The position numbers and the translations under genes were made by a program. 32,000 bases of DNA from an archaeon (GTDB lineage: Archaea > Iainarchaeota > Iainarchaeia > Iainarchaeales > CSSED10-239), in assembly GCA_035400625.1 (NCBI GenBank), contig DAOMZT010000003.1:1-32000 (forward strand), given 5' to 3'. Under the pieces are notes generated by a model. It made no database searches. It had not been told where the DNA came from and worked only from the letters and a program-made list of their open reading frames with translations. This document shows, in pieces, positions 17,324 through 24,716 of the stretch. Position 1 is the first letter of the stretch; each line of letters starts with the position of its first letter.

Positions 17324-18654
17324 GTTTTTTTGACGGTCTGTTGAGGGCGTTGCCTTCAGTCAAGGAACCAAGCAAAGTTCCAAATACAAGACAGAAATTA
17401 CTATGGACATTAGTTGTTCTTGTTGTTTACTTTATATTAGGAACAATAACTTTGTATGGTCTTGACCCTAGTAAAACAGCAAACATCAGCATGTATCAGA
17501 TGATACTTGCAAGTGATATAGGCACCTTAATTACCCTTGGTATCGGTCCAATTGTGTTGGCATCAATCATCTTGCAATTGCTTGCAGGTGTAAAGATTAT
17601 TAATTTTGATTTTTCAAAGCCTGAAGAACGAGCCAGGTTTTCTGGAGCTCAAAAGCTTCTTGCTATTGTTCTTGCAATAGTTGAGGCAATAATTTACTCA
17701 GTATTTGGTATGCTTGTTCCAGCACCAGGAATGCTTTTGATAGTTATTATACAAATAGTATTGGGTGCAATAATAGTAATTTATCTTGATGAAGTTGTAA
17801 GCAAATATGGAATTGGTTCAGGAATTGGGCTATTCATTGCTGGAGGTGTTTGTCAAACAATTATCTGGAAAATATTTAGTTTCCCAAATTCATCAATCAG
17901 TTATCCAGGAGGACTATTATTCCAAGGAATTAGTTATGCGACAACAGGTGCAATGACAGAATTATTAGCAGTAGTATTATTACCAATATTATTTACATTA
18001 TTGGTTTTCTTTGCTGTTGTTTATATTGAAAGCATACATGTTAATATTCCTTTGACTGTTGGCAGAAGTGGAATGGGTGCTAACTTTCCAGTGAAATTAT
18101 TATATGTTTCAAACATGCCAGTTATTCTTACCGGAACATTATTTGCAAACATTGCATTATTTGCATCTCTTGCCAAAGGTAAGGCACTTGGTAATTTTTT
18201 AACGCCAATTGCAAATTTCTTAAATCCATCACATGGGCTATTGCAAACAGCAATCTTTGGTGGTGCAACTTTAGGAATGGTGCTTTCAGTTTTAGGATAT
18301 TCGGTATTGTTTGTTATAATGTGTGTAATCTTTGGTAAGTTCTGGGTTGAGGTTGGTGGTCAAGGTACAGAAGAAGTAGCAAGCCAGTTACAGAGATCAG
18401 GAATGTCAATACCAGGGTTTAGAAGAGATGAAAGAGTTATAGTAACTGTACTTAATAGATACATACCGACAATTGTTATTATGGGTTCAATTACTGTTGG
18501 ACTTTTAGCAGTATTTGCAGATATGACAGGAGCAATAGGAACAGGAACAGGAATTCTGTTAACTGTGGGGATTGTTTATAAGTTCTATGAACAATTAGCA
18601 AAAGACCAATTGTTCGAGTCAGGTAATTTTTTGAAAACAATGTTAAATAAGTGA
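17320..18654 (+). CDS. secY: Protein translocase subunit SecY
   Basis: A 444-aa polytopic membrane protein in the conserved slot after uL15, with ATGA overlap. SecY-like segments include LGIGPIVLASIILQLL and VSNMPVIL. Confidence 0.95.
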   Translation: MSFFDGLLRALPSVKEPSKVPNTRQKLLWTLVVLVVYFILGTITLYGLDPSKTANISMYQMILASDIGTLITLGIGPIVLASIILQLLAGVKIINFDFSKPEERARFSGAQKLLAIVLAIVEAIIYSVFGMLVPAPGMLLIVIIQIVLGAIIVIYLDEVVSKYGIGSGIGLFIAGGVCQTIIWKIFSFPNSSISYPGGLLFQGISYATTGAMTELLAVVLLPILFTLLVFFAVVYIESIHVNIPLTVGRSGMGANFPVKLLYVSNMPVILTGTLFANIALFASLAKGKALGNFLTPIANFLNPSHGLLQTAIFGGATLGMVLSVLGYSVLFVIMCVIFGKFWVEVGGQGTEEVASQLQRSGMSIPGFRRDERVIVTVLNRYIPTIVIMGSITVGLLAVFADMTGAIGTGTGILLTVGIVYKFYEQLAKDQLFESGNFLKTMLNK

Positions 18655-18661
18655 TAAAAAT

Positions 18662-19141
18662 ATGAATATACCAATAACAGGATCATACTGGTTAGATTTG
18701 ATAATTTTCTCATTGATATTTGTAATTATAAACAAAACAGTACAACATTTATTTTCAGATCCAAAAGAATATTTCTTTGTAAAAAGAAGAAACAAAGAAA
18801 TCCAAGCAGAAATGAAAGAATTAATGAAAAATAATGACTACATAGGGGTTCAAGAAAAACAAAAAGAAGCATTCAGCCTTATGAGTAGACAATTTAAAGG
18901 AATGTTTAAAACCATGATTCCATTAATGTTAATTGGGCTTCCAGCAGTTTATTTTATAAATAAGTTTTATGGTCCTATAAAATTTATAGATGCGAAATTT
19001 CCAAAGCCTTGGGATCTTCATGGTTTTTGGACATATATCTTTGTGGTCTTTATACTATCAATAATAGTAAATAATATTTATGATAAATTATTTGAGAAAA
19101 AATATGCAGACTATGTTCCTGCAGACTATAAGAAAAAGTAA
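18662..19141 (+). CDS. DUF106 / EMC3-TMCO1-like membrane protein (archaeal YidC/Oxa1-like insertase family).
   Basis: Topology is TM1, then a K/E/Q-rich coiled segment (KRRNKEIQAEMKELMKNN...QEKQKEAF), then two further TM segments. A DUF106 gene follows secY/adk in many archaeal genomes. Confidence 0.6.
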   Translation: MNIPITGSYWLDLIIFSLIFVIINKTVQHLFSDPKEYFFVKRRNKEIQAEMKELMKNNDYIGVQEKQKEAFSLMSRQFKGMFKTMIPLMLIGLPAVYFINKFYGPIKFIDAKFPKPWDLHGFWTYIFVVFILSIIVNNIYDKLFEKKYADYVPADYKKK

Positions 19142-19158
19142 TATGGTGAAAAAACAAT

Positions 19159-19500
19159 ATGCCAAATCCAGATCAAAAATTTAAAAAACACAAGACAATA
19201 GTTACCCCAAGTGGTAGAAAATCAAGAGTTGTTGTAAAGAAGAAGACCTCAAAACACAAGTGTGCAGTTTGTAAAGCAATTCTTCACGGCATGCCACATG
19301 GCAAAAGAGCATTAGAAGTTAAAAAACTAAGTAAGACAGAGAGAAGACCAGAGAATCTATTATCAAGTGTTCTTTGCCCAAAGTGTAGAAAGGTGGCTTA
19401 CCTTGATGCAGTAATGTTAAAGCATAACCTTAAGACAGAAAATGAAGTGGATTTAAGATATATGAAATATATAAAAATGATATTAAAAAAAATAGAGTGA
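19159..19500 (+). CDS. rpl34e: 50S ribosomal protein eL34
   Basis: TPSGRKSRVVVKKKTSKHKCAVCKAILHGMPHGK matches the L34e Zn-ribbon-like pattern. Confidence 0.88.
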   Translation: MPNPDQKFKKHKTIVTPSGRKSRVVVKKKTSKHKCAVCKAILHGMPHGKRALEVKKLSKTERRPENLLSSVLCPKCRKVAYLDAVMLKHNLKTENEVDLRYMKYIKMILKKIE

Positions 19501-19506
19501 TGATTT

Positions 19507-19665
19507 ATGGGTTTATTAGAGAAGGGAAGAAAATGCATTATAATGCAAGGTAGGAATATGGGTAAACAAATAATTATTGATAAGATGGATACCAAATATA
19601 TTTACTACAAGATAAAAGACAAAGAACAAAAGATTGGAATACAACACGTGTTTCCTTTAGAATAA
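19507..19665 (+). CDS. rpl14e: Probable 50S ribosomal protein eL14 (KOW-type), very short at 52 aa. It is below the ORF-track cutoff.
   Basis: Hand translation gives MGLLEKGRKCIIMQGRNMGKQIIIDKMDTKYIYYKIKDKEQKIGIQHVFPLE. The GR.C....G...GK KOW-like start resembles L14e. The slot downstream of eL34 is where L14e lies in other archaea. Confidence 0.55.
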   Translation: MGLLEKGRKCIIMQGRNMGKQIIIDKMDTKYIYYKIKDKEQKIGIQHVFPLE

Positions 19666-19681
19666 TTAAATGTGATTAATA

Positions 19682-20275
19682 ATGGCAAAAGATAAAAAGA
19701 AAAGTAAAAAATCACCAGAAGCAAAGCTTAAGAAAGGTAGATCAGAAGGTTCAGGTCGTGCATCTACAGATAGATTGAGATTGGTCAAGCCAAAGCCTAA
19801 ACCAAGTCATTTCAATCCTGCAAAAGAAGGTGCTGACTTCAAACACATCGTAAGAATTGCAAATAGAGATATACCAGGGTATATGACAATCTCTGATGGT
19901 TTAACCTTAATCTATGGAATAAGTTATAGATTAGGAAAAGCAATTGAAGATATATTCTTCAAAGATTCTGGTAAGGTTATTGCAAAAGTAGGAAATTTAA
20001 CTGATAAAGATGTTGAAACAATAGAAAACATAATAGCAAATTTAGACAAAAGAGTGCCTGCTTGGTTACTTAATAGACCAAAACAAAGAGATGGTACCCA
20101 AGCTCAATATATCATGGCAGATCTAAAACTAGTTGAGAGAAAAGAACTTCAAAGGCTTGGTAAATCAAAAAGCTATAGAGGTTTAAGACTACAGTGGGGC
20201 CTAAGAGTAAGAGGACAAAAATCTAAATCAACTGGTAGAAAGCATTCAACAATTGGTGTAGAAAAGAAAAAGTAG
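19682..20275 (+). CDS. rps13: 30S ribosomal protein uS13
   Basis: FKHIVRIANRDIPGYMTISDGLTLIYGISYRLGKAI matches archaeal S13. Confidence 0.95.
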   Translation: MAKDKKKSKKSPEAKLKKGRSEGSGRASTDRLRLVKPKPKPSHFNPAKEGADFKHIVRIANRDIPGYMTISDGLTLIYGISYRLGKAIEDIFFKDSGKVIAKVGNLTDKDVETIENIIANLDKRVPAWLLNRPKQRDGTQAQYIMADLKLVERKELQRLGKSKSYRGLRLQWGLRVRGQKSKSTGRKHSTIGVEKKK

Positions 20276-20308
20276 GGGGCACATTAAAAAAAATAAAGGT
20301 GAAAAATA

Positions 20309-20875
20309 ATGGGTGAACCAAGAAGATTAAATAGACAATATGATGTTCCAAGAAAGCTTCACGATAAGCAGAAAATGATTAATGATAGAAAGCTTGAAAG
20401 AGAATATGGCTTAAAAACAAAAAGAGAAATTTGGAAAGCAGAGTCAATCGTTAGAAATTACAGAAAGATGGCTAGAAATCTTCTAGCTGGTAATATTGAT
20501 GACTACGAGAAAAGAACAAGAGAGTTGCTTGGTAAATTACAAAGAACAGGTATTTTTACTAAGGATCACACAATTGATGATGTTTTAAAATTACAGGCTT
20601 CAGATTTACTTGAAAGAAGACTTCAAACACAAGTTTTTAGAAGAGGCCTGGCATTAACACCAAAACAAGCAAGGCAATTAATAACTCATGGACACATAAT
20701 AGTAAATGGGGTAAAAAGGACAGCACCAAGTTCTATTGTTATGGCTGGAGATTCAATAGCCTATATTGATACAAAAATAAAAGCAGCAATAGACAGAGCA
20801 CAAGAACAAAAAGGAAAGCCTTTTGTTAAGCCAGTAAAACAAAATAAAGAAGAGACAAAAAAGGAGAGTGAATGA
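20309..20875 (+). CDS. rps4: 30S ribosomal protein uS4
   Basis: The N-terminus MGEPRRLNRQYDVPRKLHD is archaeal S4-like, and the S4 RNA-binding domain QLITHGHIIVNGVKRTAPS is present. Confidence 0.95.
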   Translation: MGEPRRLNRQYDVPRKLHDKQKMINDRKLEREYGLKTKREIWKAESIVRNYRKMARNLLAGNIDDYEKRTRELLGKLQRTGIFTKDHTIDDVLKLQASDLLERRLQTQVFRRGLALTPKQARQLITHGHIIVNGVKRTAPSSIVMAGDSIAYIDTKIKAAIDRAQEQKGKPFVKPVKQNKEETKKESE

Positions 20876-21267
20876 TTATGGCAAGTCCAGGAAAAACAGG
20901 TATTGTTAATATCTTTGCTTCAAGAAACAACACTATAATTGTTCTAACAGATGAGACTGGTTCAGAAGTTATTGCAAAATGCTCTGGTGGTCAAATGACA
21001 AAGTCTCAGCATAAAGAAGGATCTCCTTATATTGCAACTAAGATTGCTCAGGTTGTTGCAGAAAAAGCAAATGATAAAGGAATAAAGAATGTTCATGTTA
21101 AGATTAGAGCGCCTGGTGGTAATCTTTATTATAACCCAGGACAAGGAGCAGAATCTTCTTTAAAGACATTAACAAGAGCAGGCTTAAATATTTTAAGCAT
21201 ATCAAATACTACACCTGTCCCACATGATGGTTGTAGAAAACAAAAAAAGTTTAGAAAGAAAAACTAA
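20872..21267 (+). CDS. rps11: 30S ribosomal protein uS11
   Basis: GIVNIFASRNNTIIVLTDETGSEVIAKCSGG matches the S11 family. ATGA overlap with uS4. Confidence 0.95.
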   Translation: MIMASPGKTGIVNIFASRNNTIIVLTDETGSEVIAKCSGGQMTKSQHKEGSPYIATKIAQVVAEKANDKGIKNVHVKIRAPGGNLYYNPGQGAESSLKTLTRAGLNILSISNTTPVPHDGCRKQKKFRKKN

Positions 21268-21285
21268 AATGGTAGGCAGAAAAAT

Positions 21286-22023
21286 ATGGCTAAAATAACT
21301 TATCTAGAAACAGTTGGTAAAACTTATAAGTATCTTGCAGAGGGCTTTGACCCGATAGATATTAACACTTTAAGAAGGAAGATAAGTTATTGTTTATCAG
21401 TATATGCAGTTGATGAGATTGATTTTTATGAGAATGATTCGGTTATTGTTGATGAGATGCTTGCAAACAGAATCGCATTAGTTCCATTAACAACACCAAC
21501 AGAATCAACAGGAAAAAAAATAACATTAACTTTAGAAAAAGAAGGGCCATGCACAGTCTATTCTGGTGACCTAAAATCAAATGATGAAGAAGTTAAGCCA
21601 GTATATGACACTATACCGTTAACAAAACTAAAAGAAAACCAAAGATTAAGACTTGATGCTTATGCAATTCAAGGTCAAGGAAGAACACACGTAAAATTCT
21701 CTCCTGCAATTGTTTCTTATATGCAATTGCCAGAACTTGAGACTTTAAGAGGATGTGATGGTTGTCAGGCTTGTGTTAATGCTTGCCCTGTAAAATGTAT
21801 GAAGATGGTTTCTAACAAACCAAAGATTGATGATGTTAATAAATGTTCAAACTGCCAAGCTTGTGTTGATGCTTGCCCAAAGAATTGTTTAAAACTTAAC
21901 GATACTAATAATTATATATTAACCATAGAATTAATCGGTCAACTACCAATTGAAGCAATTGTAAAGTTGCTTGATAGATATACTAAAGAGTATATGATGT
22001 TACTTAAAAAGAAAATTAAGTAA
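21286..22023 (+). CDS. rpoD: DNA-directed RNA polymerase subunit D (Rpo3) with a ferredoxin-like insertion carrying two complete 4Fe-4S motifs.
   Basis: Slot after uS11 and the alpha-like dimerisation fold. CDGCQACVNACP and CSNCQACVDACP are two CxxCxxCxxxCP motifs. Confidence 0.9.
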   Translation: MAKITYLETVGKTYKYLAEGFDPIDINTLRRKISYCLSVYAVDEIDFYENDSVIVDEMLANRIALVPLTTPTESTGKKITLTLEKEGPCTVYSGDLKSNDEEVKPVYDTIPLTKLKENQRLRLDAYAIQGQGRTHVKFSPAIVSYMQLPELETLRGCDGCQACVNACPVKCMKMVSNKPKIDDVNKCSNCQACVDACPKNCLKLNDTNNYILTIELIGQLPIEAIVKLLDRYTKEYMMLLKKKIK

Positions 22024-22045
22024 TGTAAAGAGGACAAAGCTTAGC

Positions 22046-22127
22046 GCTGGGGTTCCCGAGCGGTCAAAGGGGCTGGACTTAAGATCCAGTGCTTAGTGCT
22101 TCGCAGGTTCGAATCCTGCCCTCAGCA
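22046..22127 (+). tRNA. tRNA-Leu (anticodon UAA), class II, with no encoded CCA.
   Basis: The acceptor stem GCTGGGG/CCTCAGC has one G-U pair, and the discriminator is A. The anticodon arm is CTGGA-CTTAAGA-TCCAG. The T arm GCAGG-TTCGAAT-CCTGC is canonical. The 13-nt variable region is consistent with Leu, although its stem is weak. Confidence 0.9.
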
Positions 22128-22180
22128 GATAACCTTTTCCAAAGAATTGATATTTGAAAAAATTAAAAAAGAGAACAATT

Positions 22181-22534
22181 ATGAAAAGAGATATAAAAAA
22201 TTTACAGACTCAAAAATTGATTGAGAATCTATATAAGTCATCAAAAGACAAGAAAAAAGAGATATATGCTAGTGTTGCAAGAATCTTAGAATCATCTTCA
22301 AGAAAGCAACCTTCTAAAAATCTTTTTAACTTACAGAAGATGTCTTATATTAAAGATGGAGATATAGTTGTAATTCCTGGAAAAGTTTTAGGAACAGGAA
22401 ATTTAGATAAGAAGATAACAATCTATGCTTTAAGTTTTTCAGAGTCTGCAAAAGCAAAATATAAAGGGCTAAAGACATTAAAAGATTTTTGTAAAGACAA
22501 TATAGATTACAAAAAAGTAAAGTTGATAAAATAA
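22181..22534 (+). CDS. rpl18e: 50S ribosomal protein eL18
   Basis: Slot after rpoD, and VVIPGKVLGTGNLDKKITIYALSFSESA matches the L18e pattern. ATG 22181 is preferred over TTG 22154. Confidence 0.85.
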   Translation: MKRDIKNLQTQKLIENLYKSSKDKKKEIYASVARILESSSRKQPSKNLFNLQKMSYIKDGDIVVIPGKVLGTGNLDKKITIYALSFSESAKAKYKGLKTLKDFCKDNIDYKKVKLIK

Positions 22535-22554
22535 ATTTATTTTGGTGAAAATAT

Positions 22555-22974
22555 ATGATAATAATAAATGCAAAAAACAAAATACTTGGAAGACTTGCTT
22601 CTGAGATCGCTCCAAAGCTTTTAAGAAGTTCAGAAAAAATAGTTGTTGTTAATGCTAACTATGCATTTATTTCTGGAACAAAAGAAGATATTATGGAAAG
22701 ATTCAAAGAAAGAACACATAGAAAAGGAAAAGGCAATCCATTAAAGAATGCAAAATATCCAAGATATCCAGATAAAATGATAAAGTTTGCAGTGAGAGGG
22801 ATGCTTCCAAGAAACGCTAGAGGTCAAGCTGCTTTAAGAAATCTTAAGGTGTTTATTGATGCTCCTGAAGTTTATGAAAAAGACATTCCAAAAGTTGTTT
22901 CAGAAAAACCAAAATTAAAAGGCATGACTCTAAATGAGGTTTGTGTACTATTAGGTGCAAAGATAAAGATATAA
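22555..22974 (+). CDS. rpl13: 50S ribosomal protein uL13
   Basis: IIINAKNKILGRLASEIAPKLL and MLPRNARGQAALRNLKVF match L13. GGTGA lies upstream. Confidence 0.95.
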   Translation: MIIINAKNKILGRLASEIAPKLLRSSEKIVVVNANYAFISGTKEDIMERFKERTHRKGKGNPLKNAKYPRYPDKMIKFAVRGMLPRNARGQAALRNLKVFIDAPEVYEKDIPKVVSEKPKLKGMTLNEVCVLLGAKIKI

Positions 22975-22990
22975 TTATTAGGTGAAAAAA

Positions 22991-23392
22991 ATGGCAAAGA
23001 ATTATTTTGTTAAAGCTTCAAGAAAAAATGCAGTTGCTAGATGTATGTCAAAAGCAGGAACTGGAAAAGTTCGTATTAATGGACATGCTCTAGAAGCATA
23101 TTATTCTGGTTACAAGCAAGGATTAATAAAAGAACCAATGATTCTTCTTGATGAAGAAGCAAGTAAGCTTGATTATTTTATAAATGTAAAAGGTGGCGGA
23201 GTAATGTCACAGGTTCAAGCTGCAAGAGCGTGTATTGCAAAATCAATACTTGCAGCGAATAACAAGGAAAAAATAAAAGAAAAGATAATGAAATATGATA
23301 GGCACCTTCTTGTTGATGATGTCAGACAAAAAGAACCAAAGAAACAATTAGGCAGGGGTGCTAGAAAGAAAAAGCAACATTCTAAAAGGTGA
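22991..23392 (+). CDS. rps9: 30S ribosomal protein uS9
   Basis: SRKNAVARCMSKAGTGKVRINGHALE and the C-terminal ARKKKQHSKR match S9. The ATG lies 5 nt after GGTGA (22981-22985). Confidence 0.95.
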   Translation: MAKNYFVKASRKNAVARCMSKAGTGKVRINGHALEAYYSGYKQGLIKEPMILLDEEASKLDYFINVKGGGVMSQVQAARACIAKSILAANNKEKIKEKIMKYDRHLLVDDVRQKEPKKQLGRGARKKKQHSKR

Positions 23393-23396
23393 AATT

Positions 23397-23591
23397 ATGA
23401 TTTGTCCAGTAAGATGTTTTTCATGTGGTCAGGTTGTAGCTGACAAATATGATGAGTATATTAGATTGATAACTCAAGAAAAGAAAACATTTGAGGAGGC
23501 ATTAGATATCTTGGGCATAAACAAATATTGCTGTAGAAGAATGCTTTTAACTCATGTAGAAGTTATTGATGATATTATGAAGTATAATTAA
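23397..23591 (+). CDS. rpoN: DNA-directed RNA polymerase subunit N (Rpo10)
   Basis: MICPVRCFSCGQVVADKYDEY...YCCRRMLLTHV is the RpoN/Rpb10 zinc-bundle signature. The ATG is preceded by GGTGA. Confidence 0.93.
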   Translation: MICPVRCFSCGQVVADKYDEYIRLITQEKKTFEEALDILGINKYCCRRMLLTHVEVIDDIMKYN

Positions 23592-23602
23592 ATGTGATAA
23601 AA

Positions 23603-24658
23603 ATGGATAAAGCGAATACAAAACCTAAAAATTTTGAAACAACAGAAAACAGAACACCACAGAGCAGAACTCTTGTTAATGTTGATTTATATCTTAAGAA
23701 CGGAATACATATTGGAACAAAATATAAGAATGGGCCAATGAGAAAGTTCGTATTCAAGTCTAGAAACGACAAAATCAATGTAATGGATGTTCAAGTAATT
23801 GACAAGAGAATAAAAATTGCAATTGATTTTATTTCTAAATATGAACCAACAGATGTTGTGTTTATTTCAAGGAAAAAATATGCTCTTCCTGGCATTAAAA
23901 TCTTAGAGCAAGCATTTGGCTATAAATCAAAATTAAACAGATTTATTCCAGGAACTTTTACAAATCCAGAATCAGAACACTTCATAGAACCAAAATTGGT
24001 ATTTATTGCAGATCCTAATGTGGATAGACAGGCAATTGTAGAAAGCACAAAAGCAAATATCCCAATAATTGCTCTTTGTACAACTTCTAGTAATACAAGA
24101 AATATAGATTTTATTATTCCTTATAACAATAAAGGAAGAAAATCAGTAGCATTGTTCTTTTGGTTATTAATAAGAGAGTTAGAATTAAAGAATGGGATAA
24201 TAAGATCAGATAAAGATTATGCATATTCAATTGATGATTTTGTATATAATAGCGAAAGTGGTGAAAAAGAAATAGATGAAGATCAGCCACTTCCAGGAAA
24301 GAGAACAAGAAAAGTCTCAGCTAAAACAACAGCTAGAAAACCAGTAGCTGGTGGCAGAAGACCAAGCACAGCAGGTGGTGCTCCAAGAAAGCCTTATGTT
24401 AGAAGAACACCAACCACAACCACTCCTTCAAAAGAAACAGATAAAAAAGAGGAAAAGCCATCAGATGGAACAGAGAAAAAGCCAGTAGAAAAAAAAGAAA
24501 AGCCAGCAGTAGCCAAGAAAGAAAAACTATCAGAGGAACCAAAGAAAAAAGAAGACAAGCCAGCGGTAGCAAAGAAAGAAGACAAACCTACAGAGATTAA
24601 GAAAGAAAAGCAAGCAGATGTTAAGAAAGAAGAAGTTGCTGAAGAAAAAAAAGAATAG
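23603..24658 (+). CDS. rps2: 30S ribosomal protein uS2 with a C-terminal extension of about 120 aa rich in basic residues, Pro and K/E.
   Basis: YLKNGIHIGTKYKNGPMRKFVFKSRNDKINVMDVQVIDKRIKIA matches archaeal S2. The tail starts at about aa 235 (PGKRTRKVSAKTTARKP...) and ends in ...VKKEEVAEEKKE. Confidence 0.93.
   Translation: MDKANTKPKNFETTENRTPQSRTLVNVDLYLKNGIHIGTKYKNGPMRKFVFKSRNDKINVMDVQVIDKRIKIAIDFISKYEPTDVVFISRKKYALPGIKILEQAFGYKSKLNRFIPGTFTNPESEHFIEPKLVFIADPNVDRQAIVESTKANIPIIALCTTSSNTRNIDFIIPYNNKGRKSVALFFWLLIRELELKNGIIRSDKDYAYSIDDFVYNSESGEKEIDEDQPLPGKRTRKVSAKTTARKPVAGGRRPSTAGGAPRKPYVRRTPTTTTPSKETDKKEEKPSDGTEKKPVEKKEKPAVAKKEKLSEEPKKKEDKPAVAKKEDKPTEIKKEKQADVKKEEVAEEKKE
24471..24505. repeat. 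A 35-nt segment in the uS2 tail that is perfectly identical to 29220-29254 in the L7Ae tail.
   Basis: cagagaaaaagccagtagaaaaaaaagaaaagcca occurs at both loci and encodes (T/A)EKKPVEKKEKP. Confidence 0.95.
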
Positions 24659-24660
24659 GT
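24620..24660. repeat. A 41-nt segment at the uS2 3' end that is perfectly identical to 29288-29328 at the L7Ae 3' end.
   Basis: gttaagaaagaagaagttgctgaagaaaaaaaagaataggt is found at both loci. It spans the last 12 codons, the TAG stop and 2 nt beyond. The identity extends to 48 nt with one mismatch. Confidence 0.95.
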
Positions 24661-24716
24661 TTATTTAACTATCGCTAATATATATAATATAATAAATTAA
24701 TGTGAATAGGGGTTTT

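Noticed and set aside
22024-22180. The tRNA-Leu as an integration site for a mobile element or genomic island.
   Set aside because: Both flanks are canonical r-protein/RNAP genes in conserved order. No integrase, transposase or obvious duplicated copy of the tRNA 3' end was seen in the window.
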